A DNA stretch of 64,000 nucleotides from Acidobacteriota bacterium (lineage in GTDB: Bacteria; Acidobacteriota; UBA6911; RPQK01; JADFOI01): the NCBI GenBank assembly GCA_963663035.1, contig OY760074.1, forward strand, positions 1,056,001 to 1,120,000, in the 5' to 3' direction. A program made the translations under genes and the position numbers. Every line of letters starts with the position of its first letter. The stretch's first letter is position 1. The notes under the pieces were generated by a model that worked only from the letters and a program-made list of their open reading frames with translations, did no database searches and was not told where the DNA came from. Below are positions 47,613-57,437 of this stretch, in pieces.

Positions 47613-48653
47613 ATGCATAGGTTTTCTACTGCACTAGCTGTGATCATCTTCGTCGGGGTCACCGTCGACCCGGCTCTAGGCCAGGAAAAACAGCTGATTA
47701 AGGTTGTGGCTATGGGGGGGACAATCTCGCACACCGTAGATGGTCGTCCCGCCTTCGAACAGGTCATCTCAGACATCCGCGAAAACTATCCTGAGACCAC
47801 AGAGCTGCTGGATAGTGTGCATATCGAGGTCGTGAACGTCCACAGTGTGGCGAGTAGTTCTATGTCCGGTGACCAGATCCTGGAAATCGTACGGGTAGTC
47901 AATAAGACGATCCAAGAGCCCGAGGTGAGGGGCGTCATTGTCACTCATGGTACGGTTGTTTCAGAGGAGACGGCTTATTTTCTCCACCTGCTGGTCAAAA
48001 GCAACAAACCCATCGTTCTCACCAACTCCCAGCGTCGACACGGTACGGTTGGTAACGATGGTGACAAGAACTTTCTCGATTCCATAAGAACCGTGCTTTC
48101 GCCGGAGTCGGCCGGCAAAGGGGTACTGGTTGTCCACAATGAGACCATTAATTCTGCACGCGAGGTCATCAAAACAAGCGGTCGTCCCGGTGCCTTTCGA
48201 TCCGGAGAATTTGGGATCCTTGGGTTAGCGGGCAGAGGAGTGGCGTTCTATCGTGGGCCGACTCGCCGGCACACCATCAATTCCGAGTTCGACATTGATT
48301 CCATCACAACACTTCCCAAAGTAGAGGTGATATCGGCCTACTACGACGCGGATCCTGCACTGATCCAGGCGGCAGTCGATGCAGGAGTCAAAGGGATCGT
48401 GTTGAGTGGCTTTACCAGTGCCGGTATCCCCTTTAGAAGCCAGGTTCCCCTATTAGAGTCGCTAGCGGATAAGGGCCTGCCTATCGTATTGACGGCGCGT
48501 GGGGGTATGAATGCGCGGATCGGGCCACGCTCAAACGATAACTTTATCGGTGGCGACACTCTGGTGGCCTACAAGGCGAGACTTCTGTTGCAGCTGGCCC
48601 TGACCAAGACCTCTGATTTGAAGGAGATCCAACGGATCTTCAACGAATATTAA
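47613..48653 (+). CDS. secreted asparaginase/glutaminase family protein
   Basis: Signal peptide; GGTI, VTHGT, KPIVLT, AREVIKT, KARLLLQLAL, EIQRIFNEY. Confidence 0.85.
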   Translation: MHRFSTALAVIIFVGVTVDPALGQEKQLIKVVAMGGTISHTVDGRPAFEQVISDIRENYPETTELLDSVHIEVVNVHSVASSSMSGDQILEIVRVVNKTIQEPEVRGVIVTHGTVVSEETAYFLHLLVKSNKPIVLTNSQRRHGTVGNDGDKNFLDSIRTVLSPESAGKGVLVVHNETINSAREVIKTSGRPGAFRSGEFGILGLAGRGVAFYRGPTRRHTINSEFDIDSITTLPKVEVISAYYDADPALIQAAVDAGVKGIVLSGFTSAGIPFRSQVPLLESLADKGLPIVLTARGGMNARIGPRSNDNFIGGDTLVAYKARLLLQLALTKTSDLKEIQRIFNEY

Positions 48654-48666
48654 CGGGCTTCTTCTT

Positions 48667-49191
48667 TCATTCGGGGAGATATTTCTCCGGCAGCCAATAT
48701 TCCTTGGAAGACGTCCCCCCCATGAATGGTGTGAAGAATACGGTCACGGGTTCGAAAAAATCTATCTCTCCCTCGAAGCTTAAAAGGAACTCTATCTCAA
48801 TGCCCGGAAATGATCTGGGCCCTTCCAGCATTGTTGCCAGGTCAAAATAGAATTCTTTGCCCTCATGGAGCATGGAAGTACGTGAGGCGGTGTCGACTAG
48901 ATCCATGGAATGTGGACCGCCTATCCAGAAGAAGTGTCTGTCGGGATGCTCTTTCACCAGCCTGACAACAAACTTATTGTAATACTCTTCTCCCAGGAAG
49001 CAGACGCCCAGCTGGGAGGGATTGAGATAGCTCACGAACATGGTTGCCCTCCTGGCGGTATTGACCTCAATGACACTCTCCTCGGCTAGAAGCTCCTCCC
49101 AAGTGGGGCACTCAGCGTAGGCAAAACTGAGCGCAGCGCCAAAGGTCAGGGCAAAGGATAGGAGAAATGAAGTAATTTTCATCATGGTCAC
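48667..49191 (-). CDS. secreted hypothetical protein
   Basis: Signal peptide (AYA/E); no family recognised. Confidence 0.55.
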   Translation of the reverse strand: MTMMKITSFLLSFALTFGAALSFAYAECPTWEELLAEESVIEVNTARRATMFVSYLNPSQLGVCFLGEEYYNKFVVRLVKEHPDRHFFWIGGPHSMDLVDTASRTSMLHEGKEFYFDLATMLEGPRSFPGIEIEFLLSFEGEIDFFEPVTVFFTPFMGGTSSKEYWLPEKYLPE

Positions 49192-49215
49192 ACCACTTTG
49201 GCTAAAACCGATTGA

Positions 49216-49806
49216 CTATTCACTATTCGCTTCTTCTTGTTCTTCCAAGAACTGTTTTACTATCTGGCGGGCTCCTTTTCTGATAGATCTTGTGGCGCTG
49301 CCGATCGACATTGTGGCTCGAGTGACAGCATCGATGTCTCTTCCCATTCTGAAGCGATCGCGTAAGCTTTTGCCCTTAAATTGCTCAGGAAACCTTTCGC
49401 GATCAATTGAAAAGTAACCGTACGGCTCGCGGTGGGCGACAACTTTTATCTGAGTGATCACACCTTGCAAGTTTATACCAACAGCAATGTTTATGGGTCC
49501 TTCGTAGCCCCGCTCTCGCGGTGAAGCATCTACGGTGAAAAAAACAAGACCCACCACCGTCCTGCGGTTGCTTTGTGGGTCAGTCTTGTAGGCCTTATAG
49601 TAGGGAGGATCTCCATCCTTTGCTGAGAAGGCATCCGCCTCGGGGAAAACATCTCTGATGTGACCTTCCTCCGCCTTTGAGGTTAAGGGGATAAACTGGC
49701 TGACAGGAGAGGAAGCAGCTGAGATGGATGGTTGAAGCTCGGTCTGAAAAACAAGGAGAAAAAGCCCCAAAAGAATAGGCAGAACTCTCTTTTTCTTTGA
49801 AGTCAT
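49216..49806 (-). CDS. FMN-binding (RnfG/NosR-type) extracytoplasmic protein
   Basis: RGYEGPINIAVG, HREP, F.EQFKGKS, IDAVTRATMS. Confidence 0.85.
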   Translation of the reverse strand: MTSKKKRVLPILLGLFLLVFQTELQPSISAASSPVSQFIPLTSKAEEGHIRDVFPEADAFSAKDGDPPYYKAYKTDPQSNRRTVVGLVFFTVDASPRERGYEGPINIAVGINLQGVITQIKVVAHREPYGYFSIDRERFPEQFKGKSLRDRFRMGRDIDAVTRATMSIGSATRSIRKGARQIVKQFLEEQEEANSE

Positions 49807-49924
49807 GGTCTATATTTTGAGGGATATCGAGTCAAGAGATGTCAAATCGAAAGCCATCATGCTAGTATTAAAGAAAAATTATACTCTTGTATGCTTAATA
49901 TAGCCGATATATTATAAGTTCACC

Positions 49925-52351
49925 ATGGTCCTTTTGGTCGGCCCTCATCATTTGTCACCTCAAATCCTTAAGATTCTGAGGTTGATTGCCAGGTTCAGAA
50001 CCCTCCTGGGCTGGATGGGAATCGCCTTGCTGGGGGTGGCTTCGTTTCCGGCGGCCAGGGGGCAGTCCTTGAGTCCGGTCCCGTCACATGCCTCCGAACA
50101 ACGGGCGGTCCTGGATCGCTACTGCGTGGTGTGCCACAACGAACAGGCCCTGACGGCCGGACTGGCGCTTGACAGGCTGGACATCGAGCAGGTCAGCGAA
50201 GGAGCGCCGCAGTGGGAGAAGGTGTTGCGCAAACTTCAAGGCCGGGCCATGCCTCCTGCGGGTATGCCCAGGCCCGATGAGGCCACCTACGAGTCCCTGG
50301 CCAACTACCTCGTAGGGGAACTGGATGGCGCCAGGCCCAACCCCGGCAGGCCCGTCCTCCATCGCCTCAACCGGGCTGAGTACACCAACGCCATCCGCGA
50401 TTTGGTGGCCTTGGAAATAGATGGAACGTCACTTCTTCCCGCCGATGACTCGGGCTATGGTTTTGACAACATTGGCGACGTCCTCTCGGTGTCGCCCATG
50501 CTGCTGGAAAGATATATGTCAGCGGCACGAAAGATCAGTCGTCTCGCCATCGGAAGTCACACGGGACGTCCCGACTCACAGACCTATGATGTTTCAAGGT
50601 TCCTGGGCCAGGAGGACCGCACCAGCGACGAACTGCCCTTTGGCTCGCGAGGTGGAATTGCAGTTCGCCATTTCTTCCCTCTCGATGGCGACTATCTCAT
50701 CAAGGTCCGCCTGAAAACCAACTATAGCGGCCAGTCTATTCTCGGCATCGCCGAGCAGCACCAGCTCGATATCCACCTGGATCGACAGAAAGTGGGACAG
50801 TTTACAGTTGGTGGGGCTGCCAGGGATGCGCCGCGAGACGCTCCGGTTGAGGAGGAGGCGCCGGATGCCCACCTGGAAGTCCGCATCCCGGTCACGGCTG
50901 GTCCGCACCTGGTCGGGGTCTCGTTTCTGAAGGAAGTATGGGTACGTGAGCAGATGATTCTACCGACCTTCACCAGTGTGGAGCGTGAGGAGGCTGGCGT
51001 GGGCAGTGTGACCATCGTTGGGCCTGACAATCCTCAAGGCCCGGGGGAGACGCCCAGTCGGAGCAGAATTTTTGTGTGCCGCCCCACCAGCAGCCAGGAT
51101 GAGGAAGCCTGCGCCGGGAAGATTATCTCCGCCTTGGCACGTCTGGCCTATCGCCGTCCGATCGCGGATGATGAGGTCCCCAACCTGCTCATTCCCTACC
51201 ATGCCGGCCGCAGCGAGGATGGCTTTGAGGCGGGAATCGAATTGGCGCTTCAGAGAATCCTGGTCTCCCCGGAATTCTTGTTTCGCATCGAACAGGATCC
51301 GGAGAACGTGGAGCCGGGTACCACCTATCCCATCAGCGATCTCGAGTTGGCCTCCCGCTTGTCGTTTTTTCTGTGGAGCAGCATACCCGACGACCCGCTT
51401 CTGGATGTAGCGGTCCAGGGACAACTCAAAGACTCCACCGTGCTGGAGACGCAGGTGGGTAGGATGCTGCGCGATCCCCGCTCCAGGGCTCTGGTGAGCA
51501 ATTTCGCCGGACAGTGGCTGTTTCTGCGCAATATAGCGTCAGTGGCGCCCGATTTGGGGGAGTTCCCCGAATTCGACGAGAATCTGCGGGAAGCGCTCCA
51601 GCGGGAGACAGAGCTTTTCTTTGAAAGTATGCTGCAAGAGGACCACAGCGTGGTGGATCTGTTGGATGCCGACTACACCTTCCTGAACGAACGTCTGGCC
51701 CGCCACTACGGCATTCCCAACGTCTACGGCAACCACTTTCGGCGGGTGACGCTGGAGCATGAGGAACGGAAAGGATTGTTGGGCAAGGGAAGTATTTTAA
51801 CGGCCACCTCCTATGCCAACAGGACCTCCCCGGTTCTGCGAGGCAAGTGGGTCTTGGACAACGTTCTGGGCACACCGCCGCCGCCGCCGCCGCCCAACGT
51901 TCCGGAGTTGGAGGAAGCCAGCAGCGATGGCCAGCCTCGCACCATGCGCCAACGCATGGAAGAGCACCGTGCCAATCCCGCCTGTGCCGTTTGCCATGCG
52001 CGTATGGACCCGCTGGGCTTTGCCCTGGAGAACTTTGATGCCATCGGTGGGTGGCGGGCCACTGAAGCGGGCAGGCCGATTGATTCCTCGGGAGTTCTGC
52101 CTGACGGAACCCAGTTTGAGGGCGCCTCAGGACTGCGCGAGGTGTTACTGAGCCGCCGCGAGGAGTTCGTCAGGAACGTCACCGAAAAACTCCTGACCTA
52201 CGCCCTGGGCCGAGGAACTGAGTATTACGATGCTCCGGCCGTGCGCTCCATTATGCGGGAGGCTGCTCCCAGCGACTACCGCTGGTCGTCGCTGATTGTG
52301 GGCATTGTCAAGAGCACGCCATTTCAAATGAGGAGGTCAGAAGAGCCATGA
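49925..52351 (+). CDS. DUF1592/1587/1588/1585/1595 domain protein with cytochrome c motifs
   Basis: CVVCH, RLNRAEY.NAIRDL, ELASRLSFFLWSS.PD, RTSPVLRGKW, CAVCH; start uncertain. Confidence 0.9.
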   Translation: MVLLVGPHHLSPQILKILRLIARFRTLLGWMGIALLGVASFPAARGQSLSPVPSHASEQRAVLDRYCVVCHNEQALTAGLALDRLDIEQVSEGAPQWEKVLRKLQGRAMPPAGMPRPDEATYESLANYLVGELDGARPNPGRPVLHRLNRAEYTNAIRDLVALEIDGTSLLPADDSGYGFDNIGDVLSVSPMLLERYMSAARKISRLAIGSHTGRPDSQTYDVSRFLGQEDRTSDELPFGSRGGIAVRHFFPLDGDYLIKVRLKTNYSGQSILGIAEQHQLDIHLDRQKVGQFTVGGAARDAPRDAPVEEEAPDAHLEVRIPVTAGPHLVGVSFLKEVWVREQMILPTFTSVEREEAGVGSVTIVGPDNPQGPGETPSRSRIFVCRPTSSQDEEACAGKIISALARLAYRRPIADDEVPNLLIPYHAGRSEDGFEAGIELALQRILVSPEFLFRIEQDPENVEPGTTYPISDLELASRLSFFLWSSIPDDPLLDVAVQGQLKDSTVLETQVGRMLRDPRSRALVSNFAGQWLFLRNIASVAPDLGEFPEFDENLREALQRETELFFESMLQEDHSVVDLLDADYTFLNERLARHYGIPNVYGNHFRRVTLEHEERKGLLGKGSILTATSYANRTSPVLRGKWVLDNVLGTPPPPPPPNVPELEEASSDGQPRTMRQRMEEHRANPACAVCHARMDPLGFALENFDAIGGWRATEAGRPIDSSGVLPDGTQFEGASGLREVLLSRREEFVRNVTEKLLTYALGRGTEYYDAPAVRSIMREAAPSDYRWSSLIVGIVKSTPFQMRRSEEP

Positions 52352-53694
52352 TTATTACCAAGAAAGCCTTACCTCGCCGCACCTTTTTACGCGGTGTCGG
52401 CGCCACCCTGGCTTTGCCGCTGCTGGACTCCATGGTTCCGGCACTGGCGGCCGCACCCGCGGTCCAATCGCCGACCCGCCTGTCCGTTGTCTATGTTCCC
52501 AACGGAATGATCATGGACAAGTGGACTCCGGCGGCGCTGGGCTCCAATTACGAGTTGACGACGATTATGGAGCCCCTGGCTCCCTTTCGGGATGACATAA
52601 CGGTGATGAGCGGACTGGCCCACAATACGGGTTGGGCGTTAGAAGGCGAAGGCCCGGGGGAACATGCCCGCGCCAGCGCCACTTTCCTGACGGGCGTTCA
52701 CCCCAAGAAGACAGAGGGCGCCGATCTTCGCGCGGGGACTTCGATTGACCAGATCGTGGCCCGGGAATTCCGTCAGCACACCCAACTGGCGTCACTCGAG
52801 GTGGCCCTGGATTCCACCGATGTGGTGGGCACCTGCGACACCGGCTATAGCTGCGCCTACAGCAATACGCTCTGTTGGAGCAACCCCACCACGCCGGTAC
52901 CGATGGAGAACAAGCCGCGCGCGGTATTCGAACGGTTGTTTGGCGACAGTGACAGTACCGACCCGGCCCAGCTGCGTGCCCGGCGTCGGACCGACCGCAG
53001 CATTCTGGACCTGGTGAGCCAGGATGTCTCTCGTCTCCTGGGGCGGCTGGGGTCCAGGGACCGCGCCAAGCTGACCCAGTATCTCGATTCTATCCGTGAT
53101 ATCGAACGCCGCATCCAGATTGCCGAGGAACAGCCGGCCCGCGAGCTGCCCTCCGTGGAGCGGCCCGTAGGGGTTCCCCCGACCTTTACCGCACATTGCA
53201 AGCTCATGATGGATCTGCAGGTCCTGGCCTACCAGACCGATATGACCCGCGTCATCACCTTCATGATGGGCCGCGAGCAGAACACCCGAGTCTATAACGA
53301 GCTCGGCATCAAGGACGCCTACCACCCCCTGTCGCACCATCAGAACGATTCTGCCAAGATCGCCCAGGTACTCCAGATCGACATCCTTCACAGTGAGATG
53401 TTCGCCTACTATCTGGAGAAGATGCGATCGACGCCTGACGGCGATGGCTCCCTGCTGGACCATTCGATTATTCTCTACGGCAGTTCCTTGAGCGACGGCA
53501 ACCTCCATGTCCACAACGATCTGCCCATCATGCTGGTGGGTGGGGGAGCCGGCCAACTCAAAGGAGGTCGTCACGTCCGCTATCCGGACGACACGCCGAC
53601 CACCAATCTGTTCCTGACCCTGCTGGACAAGTTGAATATTCCCCTGGAGAACTTCGGCGACAGCACGGGAAGGCTCGATCTGCTGCCCGTCTAG
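52348..53694 (+). CDS. DUF1552 domain protein with twin-arginine-like N-terminus
   Basis: RRTFLRG.GATLALPLLDSM, YVPNG, SIDQ, CDTGYSCAY, HPLSHH, GNLH. Confidence 0.9.
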   Translation: MIITKKALPRRTFLRGVGATLALPLLDSMVPALAAAPAVQSPTRLSVVYVPNGMIMDKWTPAALGSNYELTTIMEPLAPFRDDITVMSGLAHNTGWALEGEGPGEHARASATFLTGVHPKKTEGADLRAGTSIDQIVAREFRQHTQLASLEVALDSTDVVGTCDTGYSCAYSNTLCWSNPTTPVPMENKPRAVFERLFGDSDSTDPAQLRARRRTDRSILDLVSQDVSRLLGRLGSRDRAKLTQYLDSIRDIERRIQIAEEQPARELPSVERPVGVPPTFTAHCKLMMDLQVLAYQTDMTRVITFMMGREQNTRVYNELGIKDAYHPLSHHQNDSAKIAQVLQIDILHSEMFAYYLEKMRSTPDGDGSLLDHSIILYGSSLSDGNLHVHNDLPIMLVGGGAGQLKGGRHVRYPDDTPTTNLFLTLLDKLNIPLENFGDSTGRLDLLPV

Positions 53695-53711
53695 AAGAAA
53701 GTGAGAGGAAG

Positions 53712-55208
53712 ATGAGTCACAAGATCAAAGGCCCCAAAGCCTCCTGCATGATTATGCTGCTGACCCTGTCGCTGGCCAGTCTGGTGGCAGCCAGCAGTGA
53801 TCTTCAACTGGTGGAGGCGGTCGAGAGGGGAGACCGGGAGGGCGTGCGTTCGCTGCTGGAGCAAGATGCCGATGTCAATACCCCTCAGGCCGACGGCACA
53901 ACGGCACTGCACTGGGCGGCCCACCGGGACGATCTGGAAACGGCGGAACTTTTAATGGCTGCCGGCGCAGACGTAAACGCCGCCAACAACTATGGCATCA
54001 CTCCACTCTCCCTGGCCTGCACCAACGGCAGTGCGGCTATGGTCGCCAAGCTGTTGACAGCCGGGGCCAATGCCAACGCCGTCCGACAGACAGGAGTGAC
54101 GGTTCTCATGACAGCCGCCCATACCGGCGACCTTGAGGTGGTGAATCTGCTGCTGGCCCACGGAGCAGACGTCAACGGGCGGGAAACCCGGCGGGAACAG
54201 ACGGCTCTGATGTGGGCAGTGGAGCAAAAGCACACGGGAGTGGTGCGTGCATTGATCGAGCGTGGAGCAGATGTTCACGCCCTTTCCAGGGGTGGATTTA
54301 CGCCCTTGCTTTTTGGCGCCCAGCAGGGCGATCTGGACTCTGTTCAGGCGTTGCTGGGAGCGGGTGTGACCGTCAATGAGACCTCGCCGCAATGGGGCAG
54401 TGCCCTGGTGACAGCGACCGCCCGCGGCCATGAGGAGCTCTCATTATTTCTACTGGAGAAGGGCGCCGATCCCAACGCGGCGGACGGCAACGGGATCACC
54501 GCTTTGCACTACTCGGTGCTGAGAGGATTGGCCGCCATGGCCAATGCCTCCCAACACCTGGGCGTCAACTCCCTTTTCTATCGGCCCAACATGAGTGAGC
54601 TGGTGAAAGCGCTCCTGGCAAGTGGAGCCAACCCCAACGCTCGAATCAAGAAGGAGGCAAGGATTGGAGTCAGCGGCGGCGGGGTCCATGTGAAGATGGC
54701 CGGAGCGACACCGCTTGCGCTGGCCAGCATAGCCGCCGATCCCGACCTGGTTCGGCTTCTGATTGAAGGGGGAGCCGATGTGGGACTGGCGACCGAAAAT
54801 GGTCTGACCTCGCTGATGGCAGCGGCGGGTCTGGCCCATAAGATGGACCGCCCAAACAAACAGGAGTACGAGAACGCTGTGGAAGTCGCCAAGTTCTTGG
54901 TCGAGAACGGTGCCGACGTCAATTTCGTCGGCGAGAAAGGGTGGACGGCACTGCACGGAGCTGCCTATGTTGGAGCCGACGCGATGGTGCAGTTGCTGGT
55001 GGATAGCGGTGCCAGGCTGGATGTGATTGACGTTTTCCTGCAGACGCCGTGGAGTATCGCAGAGGGAATTATCGGGGCAGCCAGCAAGGGTGTTGCCGAG
55101 CAGCCCGGCGGCCCCCACCCCAGTACAGCGAAGCTGCTTCTCGAACTGGGCTCCGATCCCCTGGTCGTTCCGGAGCTGCCGGCCAAGTACAGACAGTTGA
55201 GCCGGTGA
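53712..55208 (+). CDS. secreted ankyrin repeat protein
   Basis: Signal peptide; repeated G.TALH/TPL...GADVN units. Confidence 0.9.
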   Translation: MSHKIKGPKASCMIMLLTLSLASLVAASSDLQLVEAVERGDREGVRSLLEQDADVNTPQADGTTALHWAAHRDDLETAELLMAAGADVNAANNYGITPLSLACTNGSAAMVAKLLTAGANANAVRQTGVTVLMTAAHTGDLEVVNLLLAHGADVNGRETRREQTALMWAVEQKHTGVVRALIERGADVHALSRGGFTPLLFGAQQGDLDSVQALLGAGVTVNETSPQWGSALVTATARGHEELSLFLLEKGADPNAADGNGITALHYSVLRGLAAMANASQHLGVNSLFYRPNMSELVKALLASGANPNARIKKEARIGVSGGGVHVKMAGATPLALASIAADPDLVRLLIEGGADVGLATENGLTSLMAAAGLAHKMDRPNKQEYENAVEVAKFLVENGADVNFVGEKGWTALHGAAYVGADAMVQLLVDSGARLDVIDVFLQTPWSIAEGIIGAASKGVAEQPGGPHPSTAKLLLELGSDPLVVPELPAKYRQLSR

Positions 55209-55217
55209 CCTTGGAGC

Positions 55218-55282
55218 AAGAGCTTCGGGTTGGAACGTTCCCTAGGCGGGGAGCCTAGGAAACGTTCCAACCCGAAGCTCTT
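55218..55282. repeat. long inverted repeat (30-bp arms, one mismatch, 5-nt loop) between convergent genes
   Basis: AAGAGCTTCGGGTTGGAACGTT-C-CCTAGGC GGGGA GCCTAGG-A-AACGTTCCAACCCGAAGCTCTT. Confidence 0.9.
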
Positions 55283-55305
55283 CATCTCCATCTTCTAGAA
55301 CTTCA

Positions 55306-57252
55306 CTAATTCCCGCTTGTTCCCAGGTACTGAGCCTCAATCTCCGCATCTGAGAAGTTGTAGACGGGTCCTATCGGTTGAACGCCAAGCTGACTTGCCA
55401 GGGATGACTGCAGCTGGATAATCCTGCCTCCCACCATGGTCAGGGGAGTGCGGACCTTCAAGATGTCATTGACCGGGACGGTAAAGTAGTCACGGTCCAA
55501 GACCACCAGATCTGCAAACTTGCCCTCTTCCAGGGTGCCGAGCTCGTCTTCCTTCAGAACGTATTCGGATGCCCAGGTCGTCCACATCTTCATGGCCTGC
55601 ACCCGGTCAATCCGTTCGTCGGGCTGCCAGACTTCCCCATAATGGAGGCGGGTCACCGCCTGCCACAGCGTCCTCATGGGTGGTGTCCGCCCATAATGCT
55701 GGCCCACCAGCTTCACACCTGCCTCGAGCCAGGTCTTGAAGGGCAGGATAAAGGGCTGGATTTGTTCGCCGTAGTCGCGAACCCAGGCAGGTGACTCACT
55801 GACGATGTCGGGTCCGCAGCTCAGATAGACCCCGTAGTCAATCAATCCCTGAATGACCTCGGGTTGCTGTCCGATCAGATTGCAGTGCTCGCCGGTAACT
55901 CTCATGTCACGCACCTGCTGCATCGTCCAGCCGTTGACTTCGCGGGCCTCATCGATCATACGGAAGAAGGCTCGCGCGCTTTCGCTGCCGCACATGTGCA
56001 CTCCCGCCAGGCGCCAGCCGGCGGCGGCGGCGTTTTCAAGCGTATCCCAGGGCAGTTCCCCCGGTACCGGGCAAACCTCTCGAGACTTGATGTTGGGTGG
56101 AGCGATGGTATCGGCTCCTGTGCACGATTCCGGGTAGACTGAATCCCAGCGTTCCGAGGCCACGCCGTCAATCCACAGGTAGTCGTCTCCTATGCCCTGC
56201 AGCACTCCTGTTCTGCGATAAATTTGACGGGTCTGTTGGGGATCGGTCGGCATGCGATGGATCTCGTAATGGGCAGAAAAACGAATCGGCATTTGACCCA
56301 GACCAGCCAGGGTGGCATACCCGCCCATGATTTTGGGGAACTGAACACGGCTGGAAAAGGTGGTGATCCCTTTGGTAGTGGCCTCTTCAGAAATGATCCG
56401 GATAGCCTCGGCCAGAGTTGCCAGAGGAACTTTTTCCAGAAAGAGCTCCCAGGTGATGACGGACATCTCCTGGCTGCCCACCCATCCGATCTCTTGAATG
56501 TCCTCTCCGATAACGTCTCCGTGCATGGTCTCGTGGATGGAGGCACCATATCCGGGGAGAAACTCCTCCATGACCTCCAGGGCCTTGGAGTTGAGGTTGC
56601 CTCTCAACCCGGGTCGCATCAGCACCGGGTTGTCCGGAGCCCACTGATCGAGAGTTCTCCGGTTGGTTAAACGCCGGGTCATTCCCCACAGGCTGAGCTG
56701 GCGGGGCGCTTCATCAGGATGACCTTGCAAACTGAGTACGATCCAGTCACCCGGGTCGACCTCCTTGACCGCATCCTGAAGAGCATCGCGCAGAATGCCT
56801 TGAGTGAGTTCCAGGTCAGTGGGGTGGGCTTGGGCCGAGGTAAGATAGACTCCCTCGGGGGGATACTGAAAGCCCAACCGACCCAGATGCTGGACGGCAC
56901 CGCCATACATGTGGCTGTGGGACTCAATAATGCCAGGTATCAGGGTCTTCCCCTCCAAATCGAGGACCGTGGTGTTCGGACCTGCCATGGCCCTCACCTG
57001 GGAGGTGGTTCCCAGTTTCATGATCCTGTCGCCCTTGATGGCAATGGCTTGATAGATGTTCCCCACGTCAGTTGAGATGGAACGGTCGTCCATGCTCACC
57101 ACCTTGCCATCGATAAAGATGGTGTCAGCATACCCCTGCTGGGCCACTTCGGGAGCCACCTGAGCGAACGAGTCGCTCACCTGGATCAGAAACAGCGAGC
57201 TGAGGGCCAGGGAAAAAACAAGAGATTTGACGGCCCATTGATCGGTTCTCAT
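55306..57252 (-). CDS. secreted amidohydrolase-3 family protein, tandem copy 1
   Basis: Signal peptide; PGIIESHSH, HMCGS, GEHC, GTLEEGKFADLVVL. Confidence 0.9.
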   Translation of the reverse strand: MRTDQWAVKSLVFSLALSSLFLIQVSDSFAQVAPEVAQQGYADTIFIDGKVVSMDDRSISTDVGNIYQAIAIKGDRIMKLGTTSQVRAMAGPNTTVLDLEGKTLIPGIIESHSHMYGGAVQHLGRLGFQYPPEGVYLTSAQAHPTDLELTQGILRDALQDAVKEVDPGDWIVLSLQGHPDEAPRQLSLWGMTRRLTNRRTLDQWAPDNPVLMRPGLRGNLNSKALEVMEEFLPGYGASIHETMHGDVIGEDIQEIGWVGSQEMSVITWELFLEKVPLATLAEAIRIISEEATTKGITTFSSRVQFPKIMGGYATLAGLGQMPIRFSAHYEIHRMPTDPQQTRQIYRRTGVLQGIGDDYLWIDGVASERWDSVYPESCTGADTIAPPNIKSREVCPVPGELPWDTLENAAAAGWRLAGVHMCGSESARAFFRMIDEAREVNGWTMQQVRDMRVTGEHCNLIGQQPEVIQGLIDYGVYLSCGPDIVSESPAWVRDYGEQIQPFILPFKTWLEAGVKLVGQHYGRTPPMRTLWQAVTRLHYGEVWQPDERIDRVQAMKMWTTWASEYVLKEDELGTLEEGKFADLVVLDRDYFTVPVNDILKVRTPLTMVGGRIIQLQSSLASQLGVQPIGPVYNFSDAEIEAQYLGTSGN

Positions 57253-57317
57253 AAAGACCTCCTTGCTAAAATTGACGGTTTTCTGACAGTCTCCGCAAAG
57301 TAGCTGTATTACAGAGA

Positions 57318-57346
57318 ACTATACAACTAAAAACCCAGAACACCAA
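57318..57346 (-). promoter_or_regulatory. duplicated promoter TTGGTN-17-TATA(G/A)T (also 59415-59443 and 61507-61535)
   Basis: Hexamers and 17-nt spacing are conserved upstream of all three copies while the surrounding sequence diverges. Confidence 0.6.
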
Positions 57347-57437
57347 AGGAAAGTTATTAGGAGAAATAAACCAATGCAGTGTTAGGGCGCACGGCTTTAC
57401 ACGGTGCGCCCCTACCTACATGAGTTCCCTGAGAGCT

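Noticed and set aside
51874-51895. (CCG)n run as a contingency locus
   Set aside because: It encodes the in-frame polyproline stretch normal for DUF1588-type domains.
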